Positions 1 to 9,261 of a stretch of DNA of 64,000 bases are shown here, one piece after another (within the stretch, counting starts at the first letter, position 1; every line of letters starts with the position of its first letter). The notes beneath the pieces are model-generated. The model was given only the letters and a program-made list of their open reading frames with translations. It was not told the DNA's origin and ran no database searches. Source of the stretch: Dehalococcoidia bacterium (GTDB lineage: Bacteria > Chloroflexota > Dehalococcoidia > Lucifugimonadales > UBA3495); contig CBDANJ010000005.1 of the NCBI GenBank assembly GCA_965197545.1, positions 3,311 to 67,310 of the forward strand, read 5' to 3'. The position numbers were made by a program, and so were the translations under genes.

Positions 1-231
1 CGTCCAGTTTTGGGCCTCCAAGAGGTCGTCCGTGTTCATCTGGCCGGCCACAAGACGGTGAAACGCCTGTTCGTCTTCAGAGGCGGTCCTTGCCTGGGCC
101 TGCAGGGGCGTGCCCGCCATCAGCAGAACGGCTGCGGCGCAGCCGGCCGCGCAGGCGGCGGAGAAGCGGTGCCCCGGACTGGGGTGCCGCACATCATTCG
201 TCATACCCGATAAGTTAATTCGATTTTTCAT
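1..231 (-). CDS. hypothetical secreted protein, N-terminal part only (runs off left edge)
   Basis: ATG at 231-229 with GGGAGGAAG just upstream on the minus strand. Open to position 1. MKNRINLSGMTNDVRHPSPGHRFSAACAAGCAAAVLLMAGTPLQAQA resembles a signal peptide. Confidence 0.4.
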   Translation of the reverse strand, partial: MKNRINLSGMTNDVRHPSPGHRFSAACAAGCAAAVLLMAGTPLQAQARTASEDEQAFHRLVAGQMNTDDLLEAQNWT

Positions 232-271
232 ACTTCCTCCCAATCCGTTCTGCCCATTCTAAGGGAAAACC

Positions 272-463
272 ATGATTCGCAAGAAATGGAGAGACGGCGA
301 GCCGGTGCTCTCTATCGAAACCGAGGATGAATTTGGAAAGGCGCTCGCGACAGGTGAAGCGGTGGAATTGCCGCGGGAGTTGGGGGAGGAGATCGGTTTG
401 ATGAAAGATGACACGATTTCCGAGGCCGAGGCGAAAGCCGCGAGGTACGACCCGAGCGACTAG
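272..463 (+). CDS. small hypothetical protein (63 aa)
   Basis: ORF track. AAGGGA 6 nt before the ATG. No recognisable domain. Confidence 0.3.
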   Translation: MIRKKWRDGEPVLSIETEDEFGKALATGEAVELPRELGEEIGLMKDDTISEAEAKAARYDPSD

Positions 464-704
464 AAACTGAAGGGGATAGGTTGACAAGATGGGATGGCAC
501 CCGCGTAGCAGGCGTTTGTTGACCTTGTATGAACACTAGTGATACACGAATCGCCAAGGAGAATGAAGATGAGCAGTGACACGAAATGGATCATAGGGAA
601 GATGCTCGCACTCGCGGGAATGATGACCGCATTGATGCTCGGCCAGTTCACGTCCATCGAACTCGTACCAGAAACCAATTAACCGCGTCCCAAAGGAGTG
701 CTCC

Positions 705-1415
705 ATGAGTTCTCAAATAGCCGTTGTCCTTATACTCGCGCTCTTTGGGTTTGGGCAGGAAAGCCGCCCGGAACTCCTGTTGTGGCAAGACGGAACCAGC
801 CACAGCGATTCCTTCTACATCGATGGCCACCAAATGCGATCGATCGAACACGACGGAACCACCATCAGCACGTTCCTGCTCCGACACCACTGGGAAGCAT
901 TCTCGGATAGCTGGCACGTCCGCATCATGGTTCGAAACAACACCGATAGGCGGCTGGAACTAGACCCAGCCACGATCCGGCTCATCGACACGGAAAAATC
1001 GCAGTATGTCCGTCAGGAGAGCCCGGCAGAGCTTGTAGACAAGTACGCGGACGCGTCCATAATCCAATCCGAATTAGAGAGCAACAGGAGAACATCAGAG
1101 TCCAACAAACGCCGAGCCCAGACGCCTTGCCCGCCACTTATCGGTGCGCCGGGAGCCATAGCGGCGATCCAGAGGCTCTGCGAAGACCAGAGACGCCCCA
1201 ACAGAATCCCTTATCCAACCACCTCCGAGTCCGACCTCCACGCGGCCCAAAACCTCGCTGCGTGGATCCAGGAAACTTCGCTGGAACGAACCACGCTGTT
1301 TCCAGGCAAGACGATAGAACGCTCAGTTTGGTATCGACACGACGGAACGTCGTTGTTGCTCCAGGTTCCCGTCTTCGACCGCGTATTTGAATTTCCGTTC
1401 CCAGCACAAGAGTAG
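705..1415 (+). CDS. hypothetical exported protein
   Basis: ORF track. AAGGAG RBS 8 nt upstream. N-terminal hydrophobic segment MSSQIAVVLILALFGFG. Confidence 0.5.
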   Translation: MSSQIAVVLILALFGFGQESRPELLLWQDGTSHSDSFYIDGHQMRSIEHDGTTISTFLLRHHWEAFSDSWHVRIMVRNNTDRRLELDPATIRLIDTEKSQYVRQESPAELVDKYADASIIQSELESNRRTSESNKRRAQTPCPPLIGAPGAIAAIQRLCEDQRRPNRIPYPTTSESDLHAAQNLAAWIQETSLERTTLFPGKTIERSVWYRHDGTSLLLQVPVFDRVFEFPFPAQE

Positions 1416-1575
1416 CCGGGAGCGCCAGACGTGGTTTGTCAACCTATCGATAGAAGCCCCAAACTGAAGGCCCAAGACCGAGCCTGAAACTTCGCCGCGC
1501 TGAGGAATTCATGGAACACCTTGTCTCAGGCGCGTCAGCGGCGCCGATCCGAGCCTTCCCGCAGGGATAAATACC

Positions 1576-1617
1576 GACGATAGCGACCCCCCACTTTTGA
1601 GGGGGGTCGCTATCGTC
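1576..1617. repeat. 17-bp GC-rich inverted repeat (copy 1), terminator-like or possible transfer-origin IR
   Basis: GACGATAGCGACCCCCC / 8-nt loop / GGGGGGTCGCTATCGTC. Preceded by CTTCCCGCAGGGATAAATACCG, which recurs at 11631-11652. T-rich tract follows on the + strand. Confidence 0.6.
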
Positions 1618-1703
1618 CCCCTCTTTTTTCCTCGCTCGGCACAGCGGGGGTCGATGAGTAGGGGATAACCACAACAGAATGAGAGAGATATTGGAATAGG
1701 ACT

Positions 1704-1782
1704 TTGGAACACCTTCGTCCCAAATCTTGGAACACCCCCCCCTTTGTCCCTGTTCCAAAAAATAAGCGGTCATTTGTGGCAA
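1704..1782. promoter_or_regulatory. four-site array around conserved C8-TTTGTCCC core (copy 1)
   Basis: TTGGAACA at 1704 and 1727; core CCCCCCCCTTTGTCCC at 1735-1750; TGTTCCAA at 1751; TGTGGCAA at 1775. The inner pair forms an 8-bp stem. Confidence 0.6.
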
Positions 1783-1863
1783 GAAAAAACCCTCGATTTA
1801 GCCTCTCCGGGCGCACCTTCTCGCGGAGTATTGATTTAGATAGCATTTGATCTATATGGCCCC

Positions 1864-2856
1864 TCATACCGGGACCGCAAACCGGGTTGCCAGGTACGTC
1901 GAACACTCGTCAATCTTAACCCCTTCCGCTAGGTTAGCCTCCGGGAGTTTTTCAAGCTCGAACCACCGCTCCCTGGCCGGGTGCCACCGTCCCCACTGCC
2001 CCAAAAACTCGTGATCGCACCGCAGCATCCCATCTTTGATCGCCGCGATCTCCTGCTTCACCGACATGCCGGTTCCATCCTTCTCCGGTGCCGCCGCCCA
2101 TGCCCTTAGCACCCGATCCGCCCGCTCAATAGGTTCGTGTTCGGCGGCAACGGCAACCACTCGGACCTGTCGCCCCTTGGCGCGGATCGCATCCCAAAGC
2201 GGAACATGCGCGGCTCCCCATGTGTTGAGTTCGCCGGTGCTCTCCCGGCCTGGATCGACATAGGCAAAGGTGACAGTTTCAGCGGCCCCGGCGATGGGGA
2301 GCTTGAGCGTAAAGTAGCGATTCTTCGCGCCATCGTCTCCATAGTAAATCCGGCGGGGAACCAAGCGGGAAGAAATGCCGAGCCCTTCAAAAAAATCGAC
2401 CTTCTCCGGTTCGGTGGGAAGCCAGTTCGACCCCGGATGTTCCAGGACAAAATCAAGCGATAGGAGCCGCCGCATCAGAACAGAGTTCCGGGCCTTCCGC
2501 CGATGCCGGATATTCTCGACACCGAGCGCCCGGTAGATCGCCATGTTCGAAATCCGGCACAATCGAGCGCCACCGGGAAACATCATCGAATCCCCTTCGA
2601 TGCCCGCCCGCCGCGCCACCAATGCCCTGACAACCCGGAGAGCCTGTTTTCGATCCGTGTTGAAGTAGTGACAAAATTGAGGCCGGATAAAAACCCCGCT
2701 ATGGAGACAGACAAGCGCGATCCATTCCGCCTCCCGTCCCGTCCAGCCAAGCGGTTCCAGTGCTCTCTCTCGCCCGCGCAAGTGCTCGATCATGGCTCGC
2801 CCAATGGTCCCCTTTCCCCTCGCCTTCGATTCTGCCAGATCGGTCCTCGCCGTCAA
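1864..2856 (-). CDS. family-X protein (330 aa); possible winged-helix replication-relaxation-like protein
   Basis: ORF track. Paralog of 11938..12957, nearly identical over about the first 165 aa. The N-terminal pattern LGWTGREAEWIALVCLHSGVF..RALVARR resembles wHTH Replic_Relax-type proteins; this is recalled from memory, not searched. Confidence 0.55.
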   Translation of the reverse strand: MTARTDLAESKARGKGTIGRAMIEHLRGRERALEPLGWTGREAEWIALVCLHSGVFIRPQFCHYFNTDRKQALRVVRALVARRAGIEGDSMMFPGGARLCRISNMAIYRALGVENIRHRRKARNSVLMRRLLSLDFVLEHPGSNWLPTEPEKVDFFEGLGISSRLVPRRIYYGDDGAKNRYFTLKLPIAGAAETVTFAYVDPGRESTGELNTWGAAHVPLWDAIRAKGRQVRVVAVAAEHEPIERADRVLRAWAAAPEKDGTGMSVKQEIAAIKDGMLRCDHEFLGQWGRWHPARERWFELEKLPEANLAEGVKIDECSTYLATRFAVPV

Positions 2857-2879
2857 GGGTCCGCTTCGCCGCTTCGCGC

Positions 2880-3197
2880 CCTGGACCGCTCCGGGCCGAT
2901 CTGAAGACCGCGCTCGCGAAGCAGTACGAAGCGGAGATGGAGCAGCAGGCCGGGCGCGCCGGCGAATTACAGGAGCAGGTGCAGCGGCTCGAAGAATCGG
3001 TCAAGGACTTGAAGCCGCAGCTCGGGCGGACCGAAGCGTCGGCCAAGGAATTTGAAGCAGCAAGTCGAGATCTTGGCAGCGAACTACAAGGAGATCGCCG
3101 AAGTATTGCGCGAGGTGTGAACGCGATCTGGAAGCAGCGGCAGGAGGCGCGGGAACGGTTGCGGGGCCCGGAGCGGGACTTTGGTCCCAGCCGTTAG
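2880..3197 (+). pseudogene. 3' remnant of a relaxase gene
   Basis: The last codons ...RGPERDFGPSR* and the about 60 nt after the stop match the 3' end and downstream region of the relaxase at 61123..62505. No 5' part is present. Confidence 0.3.
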
Positions 3198-3293
3198 GTT
3201 GGGCCTTTCTTGGAGGCGTGAGAGAGAATGGGCAGAACGGATTGGAGGGAAATAATACATGATGGTTAAGTGCCAGAAAAAATCGGAGGCAGT

Positions 3294-3566
3294 ATGATGG
3301 CTATTGTTAGAAAAGACATACACGATCCAGTCTCTGTGGGACGGACCGAATGGAGACCAGTGGGCATAAAACTCCGCATTGGTGGAACTGGGCAGGGCGA
3401 AGGGAGGCGCGCAATTCTCTCGTTATTAGAGGCCAAACAGATTGGCTACGCACTCTTGCTCGAAGCGGAAAAACTGGATGCAGAGCAACGGCGCGAAGAC
3501 CGAGAGGCCATGGAAAGAAAGATCGCGAAGAAAGCCGATCAATCGGAGTCTTTACATGAGCATTAA
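3294..3566 (+). CDS. hypothetical protein (90 aa)
   Basis: In-frame ATG of ORF 3270..3566, preceded by GGAGG 5 nt upstream. Confidence 0.35.
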   Translation: MMAIVRKDIHDPVSVGRTEWRPVGIKLRIGGTGQGEGRRAILSLLEAKQIGYALLLEAEKLDAEQRREDREAMERKIAKKADQSESLHEH

Positions 3567-3670
3567 ACGCATCAGTGTTTTGACCGCGATCGTGGGTGCC
3601 AGGTAGCCGGGGGCTGAGATAGGACACGGCGCGGCTGGAAGCGCGACCAGACGGATTCGAGCGTGCGCGG

Positions 3671-3946
3671 TTAGCGCACCACCCGCTTGGCGATCTCGGC
3701 ACCACGCTCCTGTTCGACCACCGCGATGTCATACTGGCTCTGGAGATCAAGCCAGAACTGCGGGTTGTTGCCGAAATAGCAGCCCAGGCGAACCGCCGTG
3801 TCGGCGGTGATCGAGCGTCGGCTGTTCAGGATGTCTGTGATGCGGCCTGAGGGAACACCGATATTGAGGGCTAGCCTGTTGGCGCTCAGGTTGCGTGCGG
3901 CAAGTTCGCGCTTCAGAAACCGACCTGGATGTGAAATTGGGTGCAT
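3671..3946 (-). CDS. higA: HigA-family antitoxin (XRE HTH)
   Basis: MHPISHPGRFLKRELAARNLSANRLALNIGVPSGRITDILNSRRSITADTAVRL is the typical HigA N-terminus and HTH. Starts 4 nt after the higB stop. Confidence 0.85.
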   Translation of the reverse strand: MHPISHPGRFLKRELAARNLSANRLALNIGVPSGRITDILNSRRSITADTAVRLGCYFGNNPQFWLDLQSQYDIAVVEQERGAEIAKRVVR

Positions 3947-3950
3947 AGCT

Positions 3951-4238
3951 TTATCCCCTGTGGTAATCAACGATTTCCACGTTGTGAGCGTTCCCCTTGC
4001 GAAACTCGAAACAGATCCGCCAGGACCCGTTCACGGTCATCGCCCATTGACGCTTGCGTTCCCCTTTGAGCTTGTGCAAACCGACGCTCTTGAGGGGGCT
4101 CAGGTCCTGAAGCGTCTTGGCAACGTTCAGAGCCAGTAACAGATCGACGGCGGCATCGAAGTCTAAGCCCCGGAACCGGTTCGGACGCTCGCCCTTCCAG
4201 ATTTTTTGGCTTGGCGCGTTGCGCCATGAGTAGATCAA
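3951..4238 (-). CDS. higB: HigB-like RelE/ParE-superfamily toxin
   Basis: C-terminal LKGERKRQWAMTVNGSWRICFEF..NVEIVDYH matches the HigB killer-protein signature. Confidence 0.85.
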   Translation of the reverse strand: MIYSWRNAPSQKIWKGERPNRFRGLDFDAAVDLLLALNVAKTLQDLSPLKSVGLHKLKGERKRQWAMTVNGSWRICFEFRKGNAHNVEIVDYHRG

Positions 4239-4410
4239 GTCAAAAACATACTACGCGAAACGGTTAAAGTGAAACAAGGGGCGACACCAGCTTTGTATGT
4301 GGGCGCTTGTATCTGGAAGGACACCCTTCAAAGGTGCTCACCGGCTTTGGCCACATCCTTGATCATATAGGTCTTGTGGGACTGTCTGGGGAACATGGGA
4401 GAATAAAGCC

Positions 4411-5050
4411 ATGCAGCGTCAACGCGGCGAGCTGGTTCCGATCGGTGAAGTCATCGACGACCTGGACGGGCCGGCGATCCCCTCCGCTTCGCCCCAGGCC
4501 CGGCACCACTTCACCCAGGCTGATCAAGTGAACCTGCTTGTTTCAGCCCGCGAAACGGACCCCGATCTCGGCTTCATGGCGCGTCTGATGGCGCTGTGCT
4601 CGTTGCCCCGCACCAACCCCGGCAACCGGAGCAAGTATGTCCGACGCAACGGACCCTACACCTTGGTCATGAACGCGGGCGGTCTTCACAAGCTCCCCTT
4701 TGGCAACCTGCCGCGCCTTTTGCTGGCTTGGGTGTGCACCGAAGCGGTGCGGACCCAAAGCCGTGTTCTCGTTCTAGGGAAGTCGCTTTCCGAGTTCATG
4801 CGGGCGCTGGGCATGGAGCCAGTTGGCGGTGGTGCTACGGGCGCTCGAACCCGGCTCCGCAACCAAATGACACGGCTCTTTAACGCCAGTGTCCGGTTGG
4901 TCTACAAGGATAAGCAAGGGGAACAGTTCATTGCCTCACACATAGCCGACCGGGGTGAGTTTTGGTGGGACCCAAAGCGCCCCAACGAGCGGATGCTGTG
5001 GGACAGCAAGATCGAACTCGGCGAAAAGTTCTTCAACGAGATCATCCGCC
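4411..5050 (+). pseudogene. repA: RepA_C-type replication initiator, 3'-truncated at a MITE
   Basis: Collinear with the RepA genes at 33322 and 59101 (FMARLMALCSLPRTNPG, FGNLPRLLLAWVCTEAVRTQSR) up to ..FFNEIIRR. From there the ORF reads into the MITE at 5051. Confidence 0.8.
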
Positions 5051-5180
5051 GGTACTGTCAAGTTAACCGATTCGTTGTCTAATCAGCGCCTCGTCCACTC
5101 CCTAAGTTGTTGATTCTACATTCGACCGCCGACCGTTTCCGCCTCCAAAACCCGAGAATTCCACTTAACTTGACAGTGCC
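5051..5180. mobile_element. 130-bp MITE with IS6-like termini (copy A)
   Basis: Termini GGTACTGTCAAGTTAA ... TTAACTTGACAGTGCC. The reverse complement is about 95 percent identical to 40813..40942. Confidence 0.75.
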
Positions 5181-5734
5181 GCCATAAGCACTGGAACCAT
5201 TAGCAAGGTGGAGATGTCCCTATCCGAGTTCGGTCCATTCTCTCCAGAGGTCGAAGCGCCCTATTGGATATGCGGAGACAAGGGCAATAAATGTTCTAAT
5301 GGCGGTATTAAGTTTGAACCAGGGAAGTATGTTCTGACCGCTACACCCTATACGGATAGTGGCGAAGAGGGGCAGAAGAACACCCTTAGATTCTCAGTTT
5401 CGCAATGAGAGACGACTCAACATCGCTGATCCCGGAGGCCTGAGCGGGAGTTCTGCCTTTCCTGGTGAGTCGGGTATTGTAGTGGACCAGCACCATTGGG
5501 GTCACCTCACGAAACGGAAAAAATCGTACGCTCAGGCCGATTGAGCGGCGGTAGGGGTCGCAAGTTGCGCTGTTCGACTTGCTTGTTCTGCCGCCAGGTT
5601 GATGTGCTCCCAGCCCAGTGGCGTCAGCTCGGAGCCGCCTAATTCCTTGTCGTCGGTGGCATGAGGGGCGCGGGAATGGCCCACTCCGCATCCGGCAGGT
5701 CAAAGGTATGGGGAGGTTGTCGTTGGATACGATC

Positions 5735-6004
5735 TCAAATGGCGGCTTTGAGAGCCTTGCCCGCTGAGAATTTTGCTACCCTTCCCGCCGGAATCCGGAT
5801 GGACTGACCGGTTTGAGGGTTCCTTCCCGTACGCTCCCCTCGTGCGGAGGCTGAAAAAGTCCCGAACCCGATGAGAGTGACCTTGTCGCCACTCTTGAGG
5901 GAGCTTTGCACATTGCTCACAAAAGCGTCCAGAGCCGCCTGAGCTTGGGCTTTAGTGATACTTGCATCATTCGCAATTGCCTCAATTAATTCACCTTTGT
6001 TCAT
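5735..6004 (-). CDS. hup: HU-family DNA-binding protein
   Basis: [11 protein letters not shown]...[41 protein letters not shown] is the canonical HU/IHF fold signature. Confidence 0.9.
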   Translation of the reverse strand: MNKGELIEAIANDASITKAQAQAALDAFVSNVQSSLKSGDKVTLIGFGTFSASARGERTGRNPQTGQSIRIPAGRVAKFSAGKALKAAI

Positions 6005-6275
6005 CTCTCCTCCTTAGCGTTAAACCAACTCAAGCGGCCTCCATCAGCAACTGATCGCGGATCGGGTTGAGGCCCTCTTCAAACTGTGCGGCCCCAATAA
6101 GATAATCATCCAGTCTGTCAGGAAGAACTCTATTCTGACGCCTTAGCGCACCGTCCCTGACGTTAGGCTAGGGTATGCCTCAACCCGACGCCTTCCTAGA
6201 GTGTACATCTTCAGCGAAAGTGAGACATACACTCCTGTCATGCTTTAGATGACCTTGTTCGAGGGGGCCTAAAAG

Positions 6276-6786
6276 ATGTTCGGACCCTATGTCCATAATA
6301 TCGATCCGATCATTGCCAAAGTGGGCGGCGTCTATCTCTGGTGGTATGGGCTGGGCTATTCGCTGGGATTCCTGCATTTGCATCTATTTCTGCGGCGCCA
6401 CAGGCTTCGGCTCGGACTTACTCCCAGAGACGTATACACCCTTACCCTTTTCATTGTGGTGGGCGTTCTGGTTGGGGCGCGTCTCATCGAAATCGCATTC
6501 GACGAGTGGCCCTTCTACAGCGCGAACCCCATCCTCATTCCGGCCTACTGGCTTGGGGGCTTGGCGTCACATGGGGTCCTTCTCGGAGCGACTGTAGCTG
6601 TCACCTCCTTCGCCTTGCTCTATCGAAAGGACCTGCTCGCGCTGTTCGATGCCGTCGTGATCCCCGGTTCGTTTCTGATGGGAATGGGAAGGATCGGGAA
6701 CTTCATCGACGGCCAGATCGTGGGTGCTCTCACCGATGTGCCCTGGGGCGTGCGGTTCCCCGGCACAGATGGGATCCGGCATCCGG
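6276..6786 (+). pseudogene. lgt: prolipoprotein diacylglyceryl transferase, 3'-truncated by IS3
   Basis: Lgt motifs GRIGNFIDGQIVG and WGVRFP are present. Homology stops at ..GIRHPV, exactly at the IS3 terminal repeat (6787). Confidence 0.75.
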
Positions 6787-6815
6787 TGACCTGCCCCCAG
6801 GAACGAGTCCACTCT

Positions 6816-7895
6816 CTAAGTTAGACCTGGGACCATTTGAAGTCCACTCCATGGTATAGAACTCTGGGCCTGGGACCTGGGTAATCTGGCCTCCGGCGCC
6901 GGCGGCCGATAGGCCAAGGCGCTGTGAGGCCGTCGCTGGTTGTACTCCCTGCGCCATCTCTCGGCCAACACCTTCGCCTCCCACAACGTGTCGAAGACTT
7001 CTACGTTCAGCAGTTCATCCCGCAGTTTTCCGTTGAAGCTCTCCACATATCCATTCTCCCAGGGGCTGCCGGGCTCGATGTATAAGGTCCTCACCCCAAC
7101 AGCCTTCAGCCAGTCCCGAACCGCCTGAGCCGTAAACTCCGACCCGTTATCGGACCGAATGTATTCAGGCACTCCCCGATCCACGAACAGCTCCGCCAAT
7201 CGATCCAACACGTCCTGGTGATTCATCTGTCGTTGAACCTCAATGGCCAGACACTCCCGGGTGTATTCATCCAGTAGGGTTAATAATCGAAAGGCCCTTC
7301 CGTCATGGGTTCGCTCATGCACGAAGTCATAGCTCCAGACGTGATCCTTGTGAGCCGCTCGTAACCGAACGCAGGATCCATCATGAAGCCACAGTCTCCT
7401 TCGTTTCGGCTGTCTGGACGGGACCTTCAACCCTTCTCGCCCCCACAACCTCTCCACCCGCTTGTGATTCACTTTCCACCCTTCCCAACGAAGCATGGCC
7501 GTGATCCGTCGGTAGCCGTATCGCCCGTAGTGCGTGGCCAACTCCACCATCTCAGCCACCAATCGAGCCTCATCATCGGGGATATGCCTTTCCCTTCGCT
7601 GGGTCGATCGAGCCTGTCCCAGCACTTGGCAAGCCCGACGTTCGGAGACGCGCTCTGCTCCCAATCTCTCCCTCACCCACACCACTGCGCGTCTCCTCTT
7701 CGTCGGGCCTAGAAGTTTCCCGAGGAAACTTCCTTTAGAATCTGCTTGTCCAAAGACAGATCTGCCACTAGCTTCTTCAACCGGGCATTCTCCTTCTCCA
7801 ACACCTTCAACCGCTTGGCCTGATTCAGTCGAAGCCCTCCGTACTCCTTGCGCCACCGGTAGTAGGTCTGCTCGGTCACCCCAATCTGTTTGCAC
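6816..7895 (-). CDS. IS3 OrfB (DDE integrase part; made as an OrfAB fusion)
   Basis: Shows rve-type motifs (HSDNGSEF-like [26 protein letters not shown]). Lies in the -1 frame relative to orfA. Confidence 0.85.
   Translation of the reverse strand: MQTDWGDRADLLPVAQGVRRASTESGQAVEGVGEGECPVEEASGRSVFGQADSKGSFLGKLLGPTKRRRAVVWVRERLGAERVSERRACQVLGQARSTQRRERHIPDDEARLVAEMVELATHYGRYGYRRITAMLRWEGWKVNHKRVERLWGREGLKVPSRQPKRRRLWLHDGSCVRLRAAHKDHVWSYDFVHERTHDGRAFRLLTLLDEYTRECLAIEVQRQMNHQDVLDRLAELFVDRGVPEYIRSDNGSEFTAQAVRDWLKAVGVRTLYIEPGSPWENGYVESFNGKLRDELLNVEVFDTLWEAKVLAERWRREYNQRRPHSALAYRPPAPEARLPRSQAQSSIPWSGLQMVPGLT
7644..7721 (-). promoter_or_regulatory. programmed -1 ribosomal frameshift signal of the IS3
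   Basis: Slippery heptamer G_GGA_AAC in the orfA zero frame (rc of 7715-7721), 6 nt before the orfA stop. The 10-bp stem GGAGACGCGC/GCGCGTCTCC (7644-7653 / 7687-7696) lies 18 nt downstream. The -1 reading gives the OrfB sequence [11 protein letters not shown]. Confidence 0.7.
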
Positions 7896-7987
7896 ACCTG
7901 GCCCACCGTCTGTCCTTGGGCTAGACCCACCTCTGCCTCACGCAGCTTCATGATGATTTGTTCTGCCGTAAACCGCTTCCGTGCCAT
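7709..7987 (-). CDS. IS3 OrfA (HTH)
   Basis: [32 protein letters not shown] is a typical IS3 OrfA. Confidence 0.85.
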   Translation of the reverse strand: MARKRFTAEQIIMKLREAEVGLAQGQTVGQVCKQIGVTEQTYYRWRKEYGGLRLNQAKRLKVLEKENARLKKLVADLSLDKQILKEVSSGNF

Positions 7988-8054
7988 CCTTGCCTCCTTC
8001 CTAAAACCGAAAATCCTAACATTCAACTTGGACCCGTTTTAGGGGGCAAGGTCA

Positions 8055-8364
8055 CCAGCAACAGGCGGGAGAGATTCCCGAAGGGCAGTCCGGTTTGACC
8101 CACGGCCGTCATGATCAGGGTGTAGGGGCCGTTGACGCGCCTGTATTGAAGCTGACGGCCCGGGTTGGTGCGGGGCAGGGAACACAGCATCATCAACCGC
8201 GCCATGAACCCCGTGTAGGGAGTTGCTTCACTGGCTCTAACCAAAAGGTCCACCTGATCGAAACGGGTGAAGTGGTCAACGCCTGGGGAGAATAGTCTCG
8301 GAGCGCCTTCACGGGTTCCTCCCGGCCCGGGAAGATTCCCCCGTCGGTTCTGTAGCTTCTGGAC
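8055..8364 (-). pseudogene. repA: repA 5' fragment, cut by the IS3
   Basis: ..FTRFDQVDLLVRASEATPYTGFMARLMMLCSLPRTNPG..LPFGNLSRLLL is collinear with RepA residues about 30-125. Ends at the IS3 IR. Confidence 0.7.
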
Positions 8365-9261
8365 GTGGCCAGACCGGCTGAATAACCCAGCGGTTCTCCG
8401 CAGCTTCATAGCCCTTGACGAACAGAGCCTCTTCCACGAGACGCCGCCCCTCACGCCGCGTCATGTGGATCACCAGGGCGATCCCGTCCACCACCCCCCT
8501 ACAGGTGACTTCCCAGGGAAGCTCCCCGCCGCCCTGCATGGCGCAACTGGCGATCCGGGATAAGGCGCTTTCGGCGTTGTTGGTGTGTACGGTCGTGAGC
8601 GACCCGCCGTGTCCGGTGTTAAGGGCTTGCAGCAGGTCCGCCGCCTCCCCGCCGCGAACCTCGCCCACGACGATGTGATCCGGTCGGTGGCGAAGCACAT
8701 GGCGCACGAGATCCCGGATCGTCACCGCTCCCTCCTGTAGCCCTCGACCCTCGAAGCGGACGCAATTCGACCGCTCGATGCGAAGCTCCAGCGTGTCCTC
8801 GATGGCGACTATCCGCTCGCTGTCGGGGAGAAGTTCGATGAGGGCATTGAGCAGCGTGGTCTTGCCCGATCCGGTTCCGCCTGAAACCAGGATGTTACGC
8901 CGCGAGCGCAACATTCGCTCGGCTTCCTGCCGCACGTTTTTGGGGAGCGCTCCTTGCGCCACAAGATCATCCGCCGAGAACGCCCGCTTTCCAAACCGCC
9001 GGACAGTGATTGCCGCCGTGGGGCTCGCGGGCGGGACACAGCTGGCCACCCGCGAGCTGTCCTCCAGTCGCGCATCGACAATTGGCGAGCTTGCCGGGTC
9101 CAGGCCCAAAGGCCGTGCGCCGTCAACCGCCCGGCCCGCTCGACCCAGACATTGCCTGGACCGTTAATCATGATCTCGCTGACTTCGGCATCTTCCAAGG
9201 CGCTTTCCAATCCCGGTAGAAATGGTTTCAGGTGTTCCAGTCCGCTTGCCGCGTTGCTCAT
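8309..9261 (-). pseudogene. virB11: VirB11/TrbB-type secretion ATPase, frameshifted
   Basis: N-terminus MSNAASGLEHLKPFLPGLESALEDAEVSEIMINGPGNVWVERAGR is in one frame. The Walker A VSGGTGSGKTTLLNAL and the rest are in another frame. The junction is near 9105-9112. The ATG overlaps the traG stop (ATGA). Confidence 0.75.

Larger units (their letters stand above)
6787..8054 (-). mobile_element. IS3-family insertion sequence
   Basis: Terminal IRs: TGACCTGCCCCCAGGAACGAGTCCA at 6787, matched by the reverse complement of 8030-8054, TGACCTTGCCCCCTAAAACGGGTCCA. orfA/orfB are in 0/-1 frames. The flanks (lgt versus a repA fragment) show no target duplication. Confidence 0.85.

Noticed and set aside
1444-1782. 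ORFs 1444..1782, 11701..11913 and 32675..33079 (minus strand) share an N-terminal MPQxTAYFLxQGQRGG-like peptide and could be taken for a small conserved protein.
   Set aside because: The similarity follows nucleotide conservation of the noncoding module. The frames diverge quickly, substitutions between copies are not biased toward synonymous sites, no RBS is present, and the peptide is simply the translation of the C-rich core.
5043-5188. Target-site duplications for the MITE copies (GCC on both sides of copy A).
   Set aside because: Only 3 bp match, this is not reproduced at copy B, and the sequence right of copy A is not the continuation of repA. The insertion is therefore not a simple one.
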